Shown one piece after another: positions 1 through 9,034 of a stretch of DNA of 64,000 nucleotides. The first letter of the stretch is position 1; each line of letters begins with the position of its first letter. The DNA is taken from the NCBI GenBank assembly GCA_963555825.3, contig CAUVXB020000001.1:1152001-1216000 (forward strand), in the 5' to 3' direction. The notes beneath the pieces are model-generated. The model was not told the DNA's origin. It did not search any database and worked only from the letters and a program-made list of their open reading frames with translations. This DNA comes from Alphaproteobacteria bacterium (GTDB lineage: Bacteria; Pseudomonadota; Alphaproteobacteria; JAAXGF01). The position numbers were made by a program, and so were the translations under genes.

Positions 1-787
1 CCGCGAGGCTTGGGTCGAAGACATCGTGGCGCGCACTTGCCAGGCGCGCCAGATCACGCGCCGCCAGCGTCGCCGGCAGCAGCGCGGCGAGCGCATCCCT
101 TGGCACCTTGCCACGCAACGCCCGCGCGGCATCGAGATGGACGCGCGCAGCATCGGCGACTTGTTTCGCAACCACAGACAGGCCCGCCGGGGACCGTCCC
201 GCGAAGACCTCTCCCCGCGTGACCCCCGCTGCCGCCAGAAGTTCCACCGGCAGATAAAGCCGGCCCGCACTGGCGTGAAACGGCACCGCGCGCAGCAGAC
301 CGGTGAGCGCCCAGGCGATGCCGACATGCCGCGCCGCCTCGCGCGCGCCCGCGCCGCCGCCCAGCACGCCGACAGCCAATCGCGCGAGCGTCGCCGAGGT
401 GCCATCGGCATAATCCTCGAGCGCCGCGAGATCGGCCGGCGGTTCGTCGTCGAGGTCACGTTCGCGGCTGTCGATCAGGCGGTCGATCTCGGCGCGTTCG
501 AGGCCGCCGGCGGCGGCCGCGGCGGCAAGCGCCGCGGCGACATCGTGCTTCGGCGGCTTGCCGTCATAGATCGCGGCGACCGCGTCACGCCACCATTGCA
601 GGCGGATCATGCCGAGCATCGGCTCGCTGACCTGCTCGCGGGTGCGCGCGATTTCGTCGTTGAAGGCGTAAAGCGCGAACAACGCCTCGCGCCGCGCGGC
701 GGGGGCGAACAGCGTGCACAGGTAGCGATCGGGATCGTGGCGCCGCACTTGTTCGGCGCAGGGTGATAGCGTTGTCGCGCGCGGCAT
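1..787 (-). CDS. Squalene/phytoene synthase family protein (NDUFAF6-like); 3' end runs off the window
   Basis: Manual minus-strand translation from ATG at 787: MPRATTLSPCAEQVRRHDPDRYLCTLFAPAARREALFALYAFNDEIAR...EPMLGMIRLQWWRD, typical of this family. Not in the ORF track because there is no stop inside the window. Confidence 0.85.
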   Translation of the reverse strand, partial: MPRATTLSPCAEQVRRHDPDRYLCTLFAPAARREALFALYAFNDEIARTREQVSEPMLGMIRLQWWRDAVAAIYDGKPPKHDVAAALAAAAAAGGLERAEIDRLIDSRERDLDDEPPADLAALEDYADGTSATLARLAVGVLGGGAGAREAARHVGIAWALTGLLRAVPFHASAGRLYLPVELLAAAGVTRGEVFAGRSPAGLSVVAKQVADAARVHLDAARALRGKVPRDALAALLPATLAARDLARLASARHDVFDPSLA

Positions 788-905
788 CGGGTTCAGCTCA
801 TATTCGCCACAAATTCTTTCGATGGCTTTGATCTCGCGGCAGTTTGCCATATATTGACGCCGCTTGGTGGGCACCGGGCGCACATGGGGTAAAAGGGCTG
901 GAAAA

Positions 906-1511
906 ATGGCTAAGATTCTCGGATCGATTCAAAATACCGTCATCGCGGGCTTCGTGCTCGCGGTCATCCTCTTCATTCTCTACTACGGCATCGAGGGATA
1001 TACCGGCAGCGACTTCGGCGCCTTCTTCTGGCGTTGGCTGCACGTCATCTCCGGCGTCATGTGGATCGGCCTGTTGTGGTACTTCAACTTCGTCCAGATC
1101 CCGTCGATGCCGAAGATTCCCGACGACCAGAAGCCGGCGATCGGCAAGGTGATCGCGCCGGCGGCGCTGTTCTGGTTCCGCTGGGCGGCGATGGCGACGA
1201 TCGTCACCGGACTCATTCTCGCCATGACCAACGGCTACATCGTCGAGTCGCTCACGCTCGGCATCGTCGGCGGCGAGTTCGGCCACACCTCGATCGGTAT
1301 CGGCATGTGGCTGGGCATCGTCATGTGGTTCAACGTCTGGTTCGTCATCTGGCCGAACCAGAAGAAGGCGCTCGGCATGGTCGAGGTCGGCGCCGACGAG
1401 AAGGCGGCGGCGGCGCGCACGGCGATGCTGTTCTCGCGCACCAACACGCTGTTGTCGTTCCCGATGCTGTTCGCCATGGTCTCGGGGCAAGCGCTCTATC
1501 ACATCTCGTGA
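906..1511 (+). CDS. Urate hydroxylase PuuD-like membrane protein (DUF989/Urate_ox_N), without a cytochrome c domain
   Basis: RWLHVISGVMWIGLLWYFNFVQ and LFWFRWAA motifs; multi-TM; ATG at 906. Confidence 0.75.
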   Translation: MAKILGSIQNTVIAGFVLAVILFILYYGIEGYTGSDFGAFFWRWLHVISGVMWIGLLWYFNFVQIPSMPKIPDDQKPAIGKVIAPAALFWFRWAAMATIVTGLILAMTNGYIVESLTLGIVGGEFGHTSIGIGMWLGIVMWFNVWFVIWPNQKKALGMVEVGADEKAAAARTAMLFSRTNTLLSFPMLFAMVSGQALYHIS

Positions 1512-1537
1512 CACCCGACAGGCGAATCGACTGAACC

Positions 1538-1567
1538 GGAAGGGGGCCCTCGGGCCCCTTTCCTTTT
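1538..1567 (+). terminator. Rho-independent terminator
   Basis: GGAAGGGGGCCC-TC-GGGCCCCTTTCC hairpin followed by TTTT, just after the 906-1511 gene. Confidence 0.8.
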
Positions 1568-1581
1568 GCCGATAGTGCCTT

Positions 1582-1858
1582 ATTCGATCAATCGGGATCG
1601 GTCGGAATCTACCAGCCCGCGCCAACCTTATTGGGACAAGAAGGGGCCGCCGACCGTTCGGCCAGTCCTTGTGGGATCAAGAATGGCCTTGTGGGATCAA
1701 GAATGGCCTTGTGGGATCAAGAATGGCCTTGTGGGATCAAGAATGGCCTTGTGGGATCAAGATGGCCTTGTGGGATAAAGATTGGCCTTGTGGGATAAAG
1801 ATTGGCATGCGCGGCGATTGAGCGCAGGTCACCTTTAGGTGACCGCACAACAAACTAG
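1582..1858 (+). repeat. Dispersed structured repeat family A, copy 1, with 7 tandem ~20-bp units (CCTTGTGGGATCAAGAATGG, 1667-1805)
   Basis: Core GCCGCCGACCGTTCGGCCA and flanks recur inverted at ~8835-9011 and ~36807-38154. Confidence 0.9.
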
Positions 1859-2628
1859 CGAAGCGCGACGATGAACAGGCGGCGGAACGGCAGCAGCGTC
1901 CGGCCGTCGGCGCGGCGCGGATAGGCGCGCGCGATGCGCGCCGTATAGTCGGCCAGAAAGCCGGCGCGCTCGGCCTCGTCGAGCGGCGTGAGATAGGGCC
2001 TGAGCCCGGTTCCCTTGGTCCATTCAACGACCGGGTCCGCTCCCTCGAGCACGTGGACGTATTCGGTTTCCCAGATGTCGAGGCGCGTTACGTGAGGCGC
2101 CACGATGTCGTAGTAGGCATCGGGTTCGGCGACCGGCTTGAAGGGGCGCATGTCGCCGAGCTTGGTCCGCCACGGACCGGCCACCGCGGCTTCGCGCATA
2201 CATTGGTGGCTCGGCGCGTCGTGGTTGCGCGGCATCTGCACGGCGAGCGTGCCACCCGACGCAACCATCCCGGCAAGCCTCGGGAACAGCACCGCGTGGT
2301 CGCCGACCCACTGCAGCGATGCGTTGGCGAAGACAAGATCGGCCGCTTCCGGCGCCTGCCAAACGGCGGCGTCGGCCTCGATCCATTCGATCTCGGGATC
2401 GACCTCGCGTGCCTTGGCAAGCATCGCGGCGGAACTGTCGACGCCGGTGATCGTGGCCGCGGGCCAGCGCGCCCTGAGCAGACCGGTCACGCGCCCGTCG
2501 CCACAGCCTAGGTCGTAGATGCGGCCGGCGGCGTCGAGCGGGACGCGGGCGAGCAGATCGTGGACCGGGCGCTCGCGCTCACCGCCGAACTTGCCGTATT
2601 GCGCGGGATCCCAGACCGTCCGCGCCAT
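1855..2628 (-). CDS. tam: Trans-aconitate 2-methyltransferase
   Basis: WDPAQYGKFGGERERP, YDLGCGDG, VEWTKGTGLRPYL and LLPFRRLFIVA motifs; ATG at 2628. Confidence 0.9.
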   Translation of the reverse strand: MARTVWDPAQYGKFGGERERPVHDLLARVPLDAAGRIYDLGCGDGRVTGLLRARWPAATITGVDSSAAMLAKAREVDPEIEWIEADAAVWQAPEAADLVFANASLQWVGDHAVLFPRLAGMVASGGTLAVQMPRNHDAPSHQCMREAAVAGPWRTKLGDMRPFKPVAEPDAYYDIVAPHVTRLDIWETEYVHVLEGADPVVEWTKGTGLRPYLTPLDEAERAGFLADYTARIARAYPRRADGRTLLPFRRLFIVALR

Positions 2629-2630
2629 AG

Positions 2631-3008
2631 CTAATCGACCGCGATGAGCGCGGCGGCGACGCGGCGCGCTTCGGCCAGGAGGACGTTGTAGGTGCGGCAG
2701 GCCGCGCCGGTGTCCATGACGTCGAGCGCGATGCCGGCATCGCGAATGGCGGCGCGTAACGCGGCCGGCGCGGGCAACATTTGGGCGCCCGAGCCGATCA
2801 GCAGAATTTCGACCGCCGGCACGGCGGCGGTCACGACGGCAAGGCTCTCGGGCGTCACCTGGGCGAAGGCGGCGACCGGCCAGGCGACCAGGCGGTCGGG
2901 AAAGACCAGCATCGAGCCGGTCACCCGGTTGCCGTCGATCGTGAAGCCGCCCGCGCCGTATCCTTGGATGATCGTGCGTCCGACCGGGATCTGCGGGGTG
3001 ATGTCCAT
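2631..3008 (-). CDS. Mth938-like domain protein (NDUFAF3-like)
   Basis: IQGYGAGGF...MDTGAACRTYNVLLAEARRVAAAL; lies directly after secF. Confidence 0.9.
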   Translation of the reverse strand: MDITPQIPVGRTIIQGYGAGGFTIDGNRVTGSMLVFPDRLVAWPVAAFAQVTPESLAVVTAAVPAVEILLIGSGAQMLPAPAALRAAIRDAGIALDVMDTGAACRTYNVLLAEARRVAAALIAVD

Positions 3009-3037
3009 GGCAATCGCGGCGCCGCTGGGCGCGGCGT

Positions 3038-3991
3038 TCAGACCGACGGCTCTTCGGCCTCGGCGGCGTCGTCTTGGTCGCGCGCCGGGCCACGGCGCAC
3101 GCCGAGCACGAGCAGCAACGGGACGGCGATGAAAATCGACGAATAGGTGCCGACCACGACGCCCCAGATCATCGCGAAGGTGAAGCCGGCGAGCACCTCG
3201 CCGCCGAAGAAATAGAGCGCGAACAGGGCCAGCAGCGTGGTCAGCGAGGTCATCGTCGTGCGCGCCAGCGTATTGTTGACGCTGAGGTCGAGCAGATCGG
3301 GTATCGGCATGGTCTTGAATTTGCGCAGGTTCTCGCGCACCCGGTCGTAGATCACCACCGTGTCGTTGATCGAATAGCCGACGATGGTCAGGATCGCCGC
3401 GATACTCGCCAGATTGAACTCGATGCCGGTCAGCGAGAACATGCCGACGGTGAGCCCGACGTCGTGGAGCAGCGCGAGCACCGCGCCGATGCTGAACTGC
3501 CATTCGAAACGGAACCATATGTACAGCAGCATCAGCACGACAGCGCTCAAGACCGCGATGGTGCCCGCCTCGACCAGCTCGGCGCTCACCTTCGGCCCGA
3601 CGAACTCGACGCGCCGATAGCTCATCTCGCCATCGCCCAGGCCGGCAAGCGCCTGCTTGACGGTCTCGACCGCTTCGAGCTGCGCCTTCTCGCCGCCGGG
3701 CTGGCGCGCGACGCGGATCAGCACATCGTCGGCGGCGCCGAATTCCTGCAGCGCCACTTCGCCCAGCCCGATATCGCCGAGCACGCTGCGCATGCGCCCG
3801 ATATCCGCTGGGCCCGACGTCTGGACCTCGATCAGAATGCCGCCCAGGAAGTCGATGCCGAGATTGAGGCCGCGCACGAGGAACAGCCCCGCCGAGGCGA
3901 CGATCGCAGCCAGCGAGACGGCGAAGAAGATGCGCCTGAGGCCGACCAACCTGAAGGTCGTCTTGTGCGGGATCAGGCGAAGGCCCTGCAT
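3038..3991 (-). CDS. secF: Protein translocase subunit SecF
   Basis: GIDFLGG, VEFVGPKV, GYSINDTVVIYDRVRENL. Confidence 0.97.
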   Translation of the reverse strand: MQGLRLIPHKTTFRLVGLRRIFFAVSLAAIVASAGLFLVRGLNLGIDFLGGILIEVQTSGPADIGRMRSVLGDIGLGEVALQEFGAADDVLIRVARQPGGEKAQLEAVETVKQALAGLGDGEMSYRRVEFVGPKVSAELVEAGTIAVLSAVVLMLLYIWFRFEWQFSIGAVLALLHDVGLTVGMFSLTGIEFNLASIAAILTIVGYSINDTVVIYDRVRENLRKFKTMPIPDLLDLSVNNTLARTTMTSLTTLLALFALYFFGGEVLAGFTFAMIWGVVVGTYSSIFIAVPLLLVLGVRRGPARDQDDAAEAEEPSV

Positions 3992-4003
3992 CGTCCGTTC
4001 CCG

Positions 4004-5581
4004 CTATACCGGCAGGGTCTGCGGCCGGGTACGGCGCAGCCAGACGACGATCAACAGCCGCGTCACCATGACCGCGGTGAACAGCGAGGTGCAGATGCCG
4101 ATGGCGAGCGTCACGCCGAAGCCCTTGACCGGCCCCGAGCCGAGCCCGAACAAGAGGATCGCGGCGATCAGCGTGGTGACGTTCGAATCGATGATCGTGG
4201 TCAGCGCGCGCTGATAGCCGGCGTCGACCGCCGAGAACGGCGTCCGCCCGTTGGCGAGCTCCTCGCGGATGCGTTCGAACACCAGCACGTTGGCGTCGAC
4301 CGCCATGCCGATGGTCAAGACGATGCCGGCGATGCCGGGCAGCGTCAGCGTCGCCTGCAACAGCGACAGCACCGCCGCGATGATCACGATGTTGAAGATC
4401 AGCGCGACGTTGGCGGCGAGGCCGAACAGGTTGTAGGCGACCGCCATGAAGACGATGACCAGCGTCAGTCCGAGCACGGCGGCGATCTTGCCGGCGCGGA
4501 TCGAATCGGCGCCGAGGTCGGGGCCGACGGTACGCTCCTCGAGGATGGTCAGCGGCGCGGGCAGCGCGCCAGCGCGCAACAGGAGCGCGAGATCGGTCGC
4601 GCCTTGCGTCGTGAAACTGCCCGAAATCACGCCGCGGCCGCCGGTGATCGGCTCGCGGATGACCGGCGCGCTGATCACTTTGTTGTCGAGCACGATGGCG
4701 AACGGCCGGCCGACGTTATCGGTGGTTACCTTGGCGAACTTGCGGGCGCCGACCGAATCGAAGCTGAAGGCGACGACGGCCTCGCCGGTCTGGAAGCTGG
4801 GCTGGGCGTCGACCAGGTTTTCGCCGCTGACCATGATGCGCTTGCGCACGACGTATTGGATCGGCCGGCCGGTCGAATCGATCTCGTCGTCGGAATCGAG
4901 CAATTCGGACCCGGCCGGCAGACGGCCCGCGCGCGCGTCGGCAACCGTGGTGTTGGGATCGACCAGTCGGAAGTGCAGCTTGGCGGTCTTGCCGAGCAAG
5001 CGCTTGATGCGGTCGGGGTCGTCGACGCCGGGCAGTTGGACCAGGATGCGTTCGCGACCCTGGCGCTGGATGGTCGGCTCGCGCGTGCCGGTCTCGTCGA
5101 TGCGCCGGCGGACGATTTCGAGCGATTGGGTGATCGCCGAATCGCGGATCGCGTTGAGCGCTACTTCGGTGAGGATGATCGAGACGGCGCCGTCTTCGGT
5201 CGCCGTGATCGTCGCGTTGGGATCGACGTCGGCGAGCAGCGCCTTGGCGTCGGCGATCGTCGCGGGATCGACCAGTCGCAGGCTGACGCCGCTCGCGCTG
5301 GCACCGAGCCCCTTGTAGCCGATGCGCGCGCCGCGTAGGGCGACCCGCGCCTCGTCGACCAGCGCCTCCAGACGCTCCTTGACGACAGCGCTGACCTCGA
5401 CCTCGAGCAGGAGGTGGGAGCCGCCCTGCAGGTCGAGACCCAGATTGAGCTGCTGATGCGGCAGCCAAGTGGGTATGGCATCGGCCTGATCGCGGCTCAA
5501 CAGGTTGGGCGCCGCGAACACGAGGCCAGCGAGACAGACCCCGATGACGAGGATGATCTTCCAGGGTGCGAAATAGAGCAT
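4004..5581 (-). CDS. secD: Protein translocase subunit SecD
   Basis: LGLDLQGG, RTVGPDLG, GMAVDANVLVFERIREE. Confidence 0.97.
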   Translation of the reverse strand: MLYFAPWKIILVIGVCLAGLVFAAPNLLSRDQADAIPTWLPHQQLNLGLDLQGGSHLLLEVEVSAVVKERLEALVDEARVALRGARIGYKGLGASASGVSLRLVDPATIADAKALLADVDPNATITATEDGAVSIILTEVALNAIRDSAITQSLEIVRRRIDETGTREPTIQRQGRERILVQLPGVDDPDRIKRLLGKTAKLHFRLVDPNTTVADARAGRLPAGSELLDSDDEIDSTGRPIQYVVRKRIMVSGENLVDAQPSFQTGEAVVAFSFDSVGARKFAKVTTDNVGRPFAIVLDNKVISAPVIREPITGGRGVISGSFTTQGATDLALLLRAGALPAPLTILEERTVGPDLGADSIRAGKIAAVLGLTLVIVFMAVAYNLFGLAANVALIFNIVIIAAVLSLLQATLTLPGIAGIVLTIGMAVDANVLVFERIREELANGRTPFSAVDAGYQRALTTIIDSNVTTLIAAILLFGLGSGPVKGFGVTLAIGICTSLFTAVMVTRLLIVVWLRRTRPQTLPV

Positions 5582-5592
5582 CGAGCGGTAGC

Positions 5593-6060
5593 TCAGCCGT
5601 CCTTATCGACGGTTCGCTTGCGGCCTTTCTTCATCGACCCGCCATCGCCGTCACCGCCGTCCTTATCGACGGTTCGCTTGCGGCCTTTCTTCATCGACCC
5701 GCCATCGCCGTCACCGCCGCCCTTGGCGTCATCGTTGGCGGCCGGCTCGGTCTGCGCCTTCAGCTCGGAGACCGTCGAGCGCAGCACGCGGACGCGCAGG
5801 TTCGGCGCGATCTCGACAAGCAATTCGTTGGGGCCCTCGACGCGCGTGACCTTGCCGACGATGCCGCCACCGGTGACAATGCGGTCGCCGCGCCCGAGGT
5901 TGTCGAGCATCGCGCGGTGCGCTTTCATCTTCTTCTGCTGCGGCCGGATCATCAGGAAGTAGAACACGACGAAGATCAGGATGAACGGCAGGAACATCTC
6001 GAATCCGCCCCCGCCGGCGCCGCCGGCAGCCTGTGCGTAGGCCGGTGAAATGAACAGCAT
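5593..6060 (-). CDS. yajC: Preprotein translocase subunit YajC with a duplicated basic tail
   Basis: FYFLMIRPQQKK...GDRIVTGGGIVGKV; upstream of secD; ATG at 6060 after a GGAG-like RBS. Confidence 0.95.
   Translation of the reverse strand: MLFISPAYAQAAGGAGGGGFEMFLPFILIFVVFYFLMIRPQQKKMKAHRAMLDNLGRGDRIVTGGGIVGKVTRVEGPNELLVEIAPNLRVRVLRSTVSELKAQTEPAANDDAKGGGDGDGGSMKKGRKRTVDKDGGDGDGGSMKKGRKRTVDKDG
5597..5716. repeat. 60-bp direct tandem duplication within the yajC 3' end
   Basis: CCGTCCTTATCGACGGTTCGCTTGCGGCCTTTCTTCATCGACCCGCCATCGCCGTCACCG occurs twice; encodes GDGDGGSMKKGRKRTVDKDG x2. Confidence 0.9.
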
Positions 6061-6215
6061 CGAGGTCTCCTTGGCTTCCCTCAAAGGCCAGCGGACTATA
6101 GCGGCAGTCGGCGGTTTTGCAAGCGGCGCCAAATGCGCCGGTTGAGGCGTCGGTATTGACCCTTTGGTCGCCTGTGATACGGTGCCGCGCCTGTTGCCAA
6201 GCCAAGGTCGTTGCC

Positions 6216-7073
6216 ATGCTCGATCCGACGCTCGAACCCCTGCTCCGCCGTATCGCCGATGCGCTCGACCGCATCGCGCAACCGGCGCCCGCCGATGCCG
6301 ATCTCGGAACGGCGGATGCTTTCGTCTGGCACGCCGAGAGCAATGTCTTGAAGGCGGTGCACGACGTCAACACCATCGATTACGCGCTGCTCAAGGGCAT
6401 CGACCGGGTGCGCGACATCCTGATGGAGAACACGCTGCGCTTCGCCGACGGCGTGCCGGCCAACAACGCGCTGCTGTGGGGTGCGCGCGGCATGGGCAAG
6501 AGCTCGCTGGTCAAGGCGCTGCACGCAAAGGTCAATGCCGATCGGCCTGGCGCGCTGGCGCTGGTCGAGATCCACCGCGAGGACATCCTCTCCCTGCCCC
6601 GTCTCCTGACCCGACTGCGCGACGCCGAGCGGCGCGTCGTCATCTTCTGCGACGACCTGTCGTTCGACGGCCCCGACACCAGCTACAAGTCGCTCAAGGC
6701 GGTGCTCGAGGGCGGCATCGAGGGCCGCCCCGACAACGTGCTGTTCTACGCCACCTCGAACCGCCGCCACCTGATGCCGCGCGACATGATCGAGAACGAG
6801 CGTTCGACCGCGATCAGCCCGTCCGAGGCGGTCGACGAAAAGGTCTCGATGTCGGACCGCTTCGGCCTGTGGCTCGGCTTCCACGGCTGCACCCAGGACG
6901 TCTACCTCGACATCGTCGCCGGCTATGTCGCCCATTACGGCCTCGACACCGAGCCCGAAGCGCTGCGCGCCGACGCCATCGAATGGTCGATGACGCGCGG
7001 CGCCCGCTCGGGCCGGGTCGCCTGGCAGTTCATCCAGGACGTCGCCGGCCGCCAGGGCAAGCGGCTGGGCTAA
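6216..7073 (+). CDS. AAA+ ATPase, DUF815 family
   Basis: NNALLWGARGMGKSS Walker A; FCDDLSF; YATSNRRHL; divergent from yajC. Confidence 0.9.
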   Translation: MLDPTLEPLLRRIADALDRIAQPAPADADLGTADAFVWHAESNVLKAVHDVNTIDYALLKGIDRVRDILMENTLRFADGVPANNALLWGARGMGKSSLVKALHAKVNADRPGALALVEIHREDILSLPRLLTRLRDAERRVVIFCDDLSFDGPDTSYKSLKAVLEGGIEGRPDNVLFYATSNRRHLMPRDMIENERSTAISPSEAVDEKVSMSDRFGLWLGFHGCTQDVYLDIVAGYVAHYGLDTEPEALRADAIEWSMTRGARSGRVAWQFIQDVAGRQGKRLG

Positions 7074-7099
7074 TTCACGAGCCCGACGGGGTCGCGCGT

Positions 7100-8125
7100 A
7101 TGCAGTTCAGCTTCTATTTGCCGTGCTATTGGCCCGATACCGGCGTGCATGCGCATGTCATGTACGCCGAGATGCTCGACCAGGCGGTGCGCGCCGAGGA
7201 ACTCGGTTTCGCCATGCTCGGCGTGCCGGAGCATCATTTCATCAACTACCTGGTCCACCCGAGCCCGCTGCTGAGCGCGGTCAAGGTGGCGAGCGTGACC
7301 GGGCATATCCCGATCATCACCTCGGTGCTGGTACTGCCGTTTCTCGACATGCGCCGGATCGCCGGCGAGATCGCCCAGGCCGACTGCCTGACCGACGGGC
7401 GCATTCATCTCGGCGTCGGGCGCGGCGCGTTCCGCTATGAGTTCGACCGCTTCGGCGTGACGCCCGAGGAAAGCCGCGCCAAGTTCGACGACAGCCTGGC
7501 ACTGTTGAAGGCGCTGTTGAGCGAGACCGAGGTGTCGTGGGACAGCCCGTACTACAACTTCGCGCCGCTGACCATCACGCCGCGGCCTCTGCAGCAGCCC
7601 TATCCGCCGATCTGGATCGCCGCGCTCGGCTACGAGGCGATCTACCATTCGGTGCTGAACGGCTACCACGTCATGACGACGCCGCTGCGCGATCCCTTCG
7701 CGGTCGCCAGGATGCAGGCCGGCGCGTTCGCCGACGCCGTCGCCGCCGGCGGCGCCGATACGGCGGGGCGCATGTTCTCGATGCTGCGCATGCTCTATGT
7801 CGCCGAGGACGAGGCCGACCGCCGCGCGAAGCTCGAGATCGCCTATGCCAACCACCGGCGTTTCGTCAACGTCTTCGACACGCCCGGCGAGGTCGTCGAC
7901 GGCGCGATCGTGCCGATCGATGTCGCCGAGACCGTCGAGGACATCGGCGAGGCGCTGCTCATCGGCACGGCGGCCGAGTGCATCGACAAGCTGACGCCCT
8001 ACGCGGAACTCGGTATCTTCGACCTGATGCTCAACATGAGCTTCGGCGCCAGACACGCGGATGTGCTGGCGTCGATGGACCGTTTCGCGGCCGACGTGAT
8101 GCCACATTTTACCGCACAACCATGA
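7100..8125 (+). CDS. LLM-class flavin-dependent oxidoreductase (luciferase-like)
   Basis: AEELGF...PEHHF, GRIHLGVGRG, PRPLQQPYPPIWIA; ATG at 7100. Confidence 0.9.
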   Translation: MQFSFYLPCYWPDTGVHAHVMYAEMLDQAVRAEELGFAMLGVPEHHFINYLVHPSPLLSAVKVASVTGHIPIITSVLVLPFLDMRRIAGEIAQADCLTDGRIHLGVGRGAFRYEFDRFGVTPEESRAKFDDSLALLKALLSETEVSWDSPYYNFAPLTITPRPLQQPYPPIWIAALGYEAIYHSVLNGYHVMTTPLRDPFAVARMQAGAFADAVAAGGADTAGRMFSMLRMLYVAEDEADRRAKLEIAYANHRRFVNVFDTPGEVVDGAIVPIDVAETVEDIGEALLIGTAAECIDKLTPYAELGIFDLMLNMSFGARHADVLASMDRFAADVMPHFTAQP

Positions 8126-8135
8126 GGTCACGCAG

Positions 8136-8834
8136 ATGACACCCAGCTACCAACACGCCCTGATCGTCGGCGCCGGCGCCGGCCTTTCCGCTTCGCTCGC
8201 CCGCAAGTTCGCCGGCGAAGGCCTCAACGTCTCGCTCGCCGCGCGCGACCCCGGCAGTCTTGCCGCGCTGTGCCAAGAGACCGGCGCCGACGCCCTCGCC
8301 TGCGACGCGTCGTCGCGCGAAGATGTCGCCGCGCTCTTCGCCGCGCTCGACGGCGGTGCCGGCGCGCCCGACGTCGTCGTCTACAACCCGAGCGCCCGGG
8401 TGCGCGGGCCGTTCATCGAGATCGACGCCGCAGGCGTCGAGAAGGCGCTCAAAATCACCGCCTATGGCGGCTTCCTGGTCGCCCAGGAGGCCGCCCGGCG
8501 CATGGTCGAGAACCGACACGGCGCGATCCTGTTCACCGGCGCCTCGGCCAGCGTCAAGGGCTATGTCCACTCGGCGTCCTTCGCGATGGGCAAGTTCGCG
8601 CTGCGCGGCCTGGCGCAATCGATCGCGCGCGAGCTCGCGCCCTCGGGCATCCATGTCGCACATTTCGTGATCGACGGCGGCATCCGCAACTCGGGTCACA
8701 CCGAAGCCGCCGACAATCCCGACAGCATGCTCGATCCCGACGCCATCGCGGCGAGCTATTGGAGCGTGCTGGCCCAGGACCGCAGCGCCTGGACCTGGGA
8801 GATCGAGCTGCGCCCCTGGGTCGAGACTTTCTGA
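8136..8834 (+). CDS. SDR family oxidoreductase
   Basis: IVGAGAGLS, FTGASAS, KFALRGLAQSIAREL, WTWEIELRP. Confidence 0.9.
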   Translation: MTPSYQHALIVGAGAGLSASLARKFAGEGLNVSLAARDPGSLAALCQETGADALACDASSREDVAALFAALDGGAGAPDVVVYNPSARVRGPFIEIDAAGVEKALKITAYGGFLVAQEAARRMVENRHGAILFTGASASVKGYVHSASFAMGKFALRGLAQSIARELAPSGIHVAHFVIDGGIRNSGHTEAADNPDSMLDPDAIAASYWSVLAQDRSAWTWEIELRPWVETF

Positions 8835-9011
8835 GAGTTTTTTCTGCGGTCAAACGCCGCGCATGCCAATCTTAATCCCACAAGGCCATTCTTAATCCCA
8901 TAAGGCCATTCTTAATCCCATAAGGATTGGCCGAACGGTCGGCGGCCCCCCTCTTGTCCCAATAAGACTGGCGCGGGCTGGAAGAACTCGATCAACGCAA
9001 ATTGATCGAAT
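8835..9011 (-). repeat. Dispersed structured repeat family A, copy 2 (3 tandem 20-bp units)
   Basis: Reverse complement matches copy 1: CCAGCCCGCGCCAGTCTTATTGGGACAAG...GCCGCCGACCGTTCGGCCAATCCTTATGGGATTAAGAATGG...GATTGGCATGCGCGGCG. Confidence 0.9.
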
Positions 9012-9034
9012 GGTCCTTTGGCGCGGCCCGGCCG

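Noticed and set aside
26-766. 246-aa plus-strand ORF
   Set aside because: Antisense to the recognisable phytoene synthase-like gene.
1667-1805. CRISPR array
   Set aside because: The 20-bp units are contiguous with no unique spacers, and there are no cas genes in the window.
3074-5338. Long antisense/alternate-frame ORFs (e.g. 3074-5338, 9002-10780, 39672-41951, 45141-47534, 59899-61653)
   Set aside because: Shadow ORFs of high-GC genes overlapping well-recognised CDSs; no motifs.
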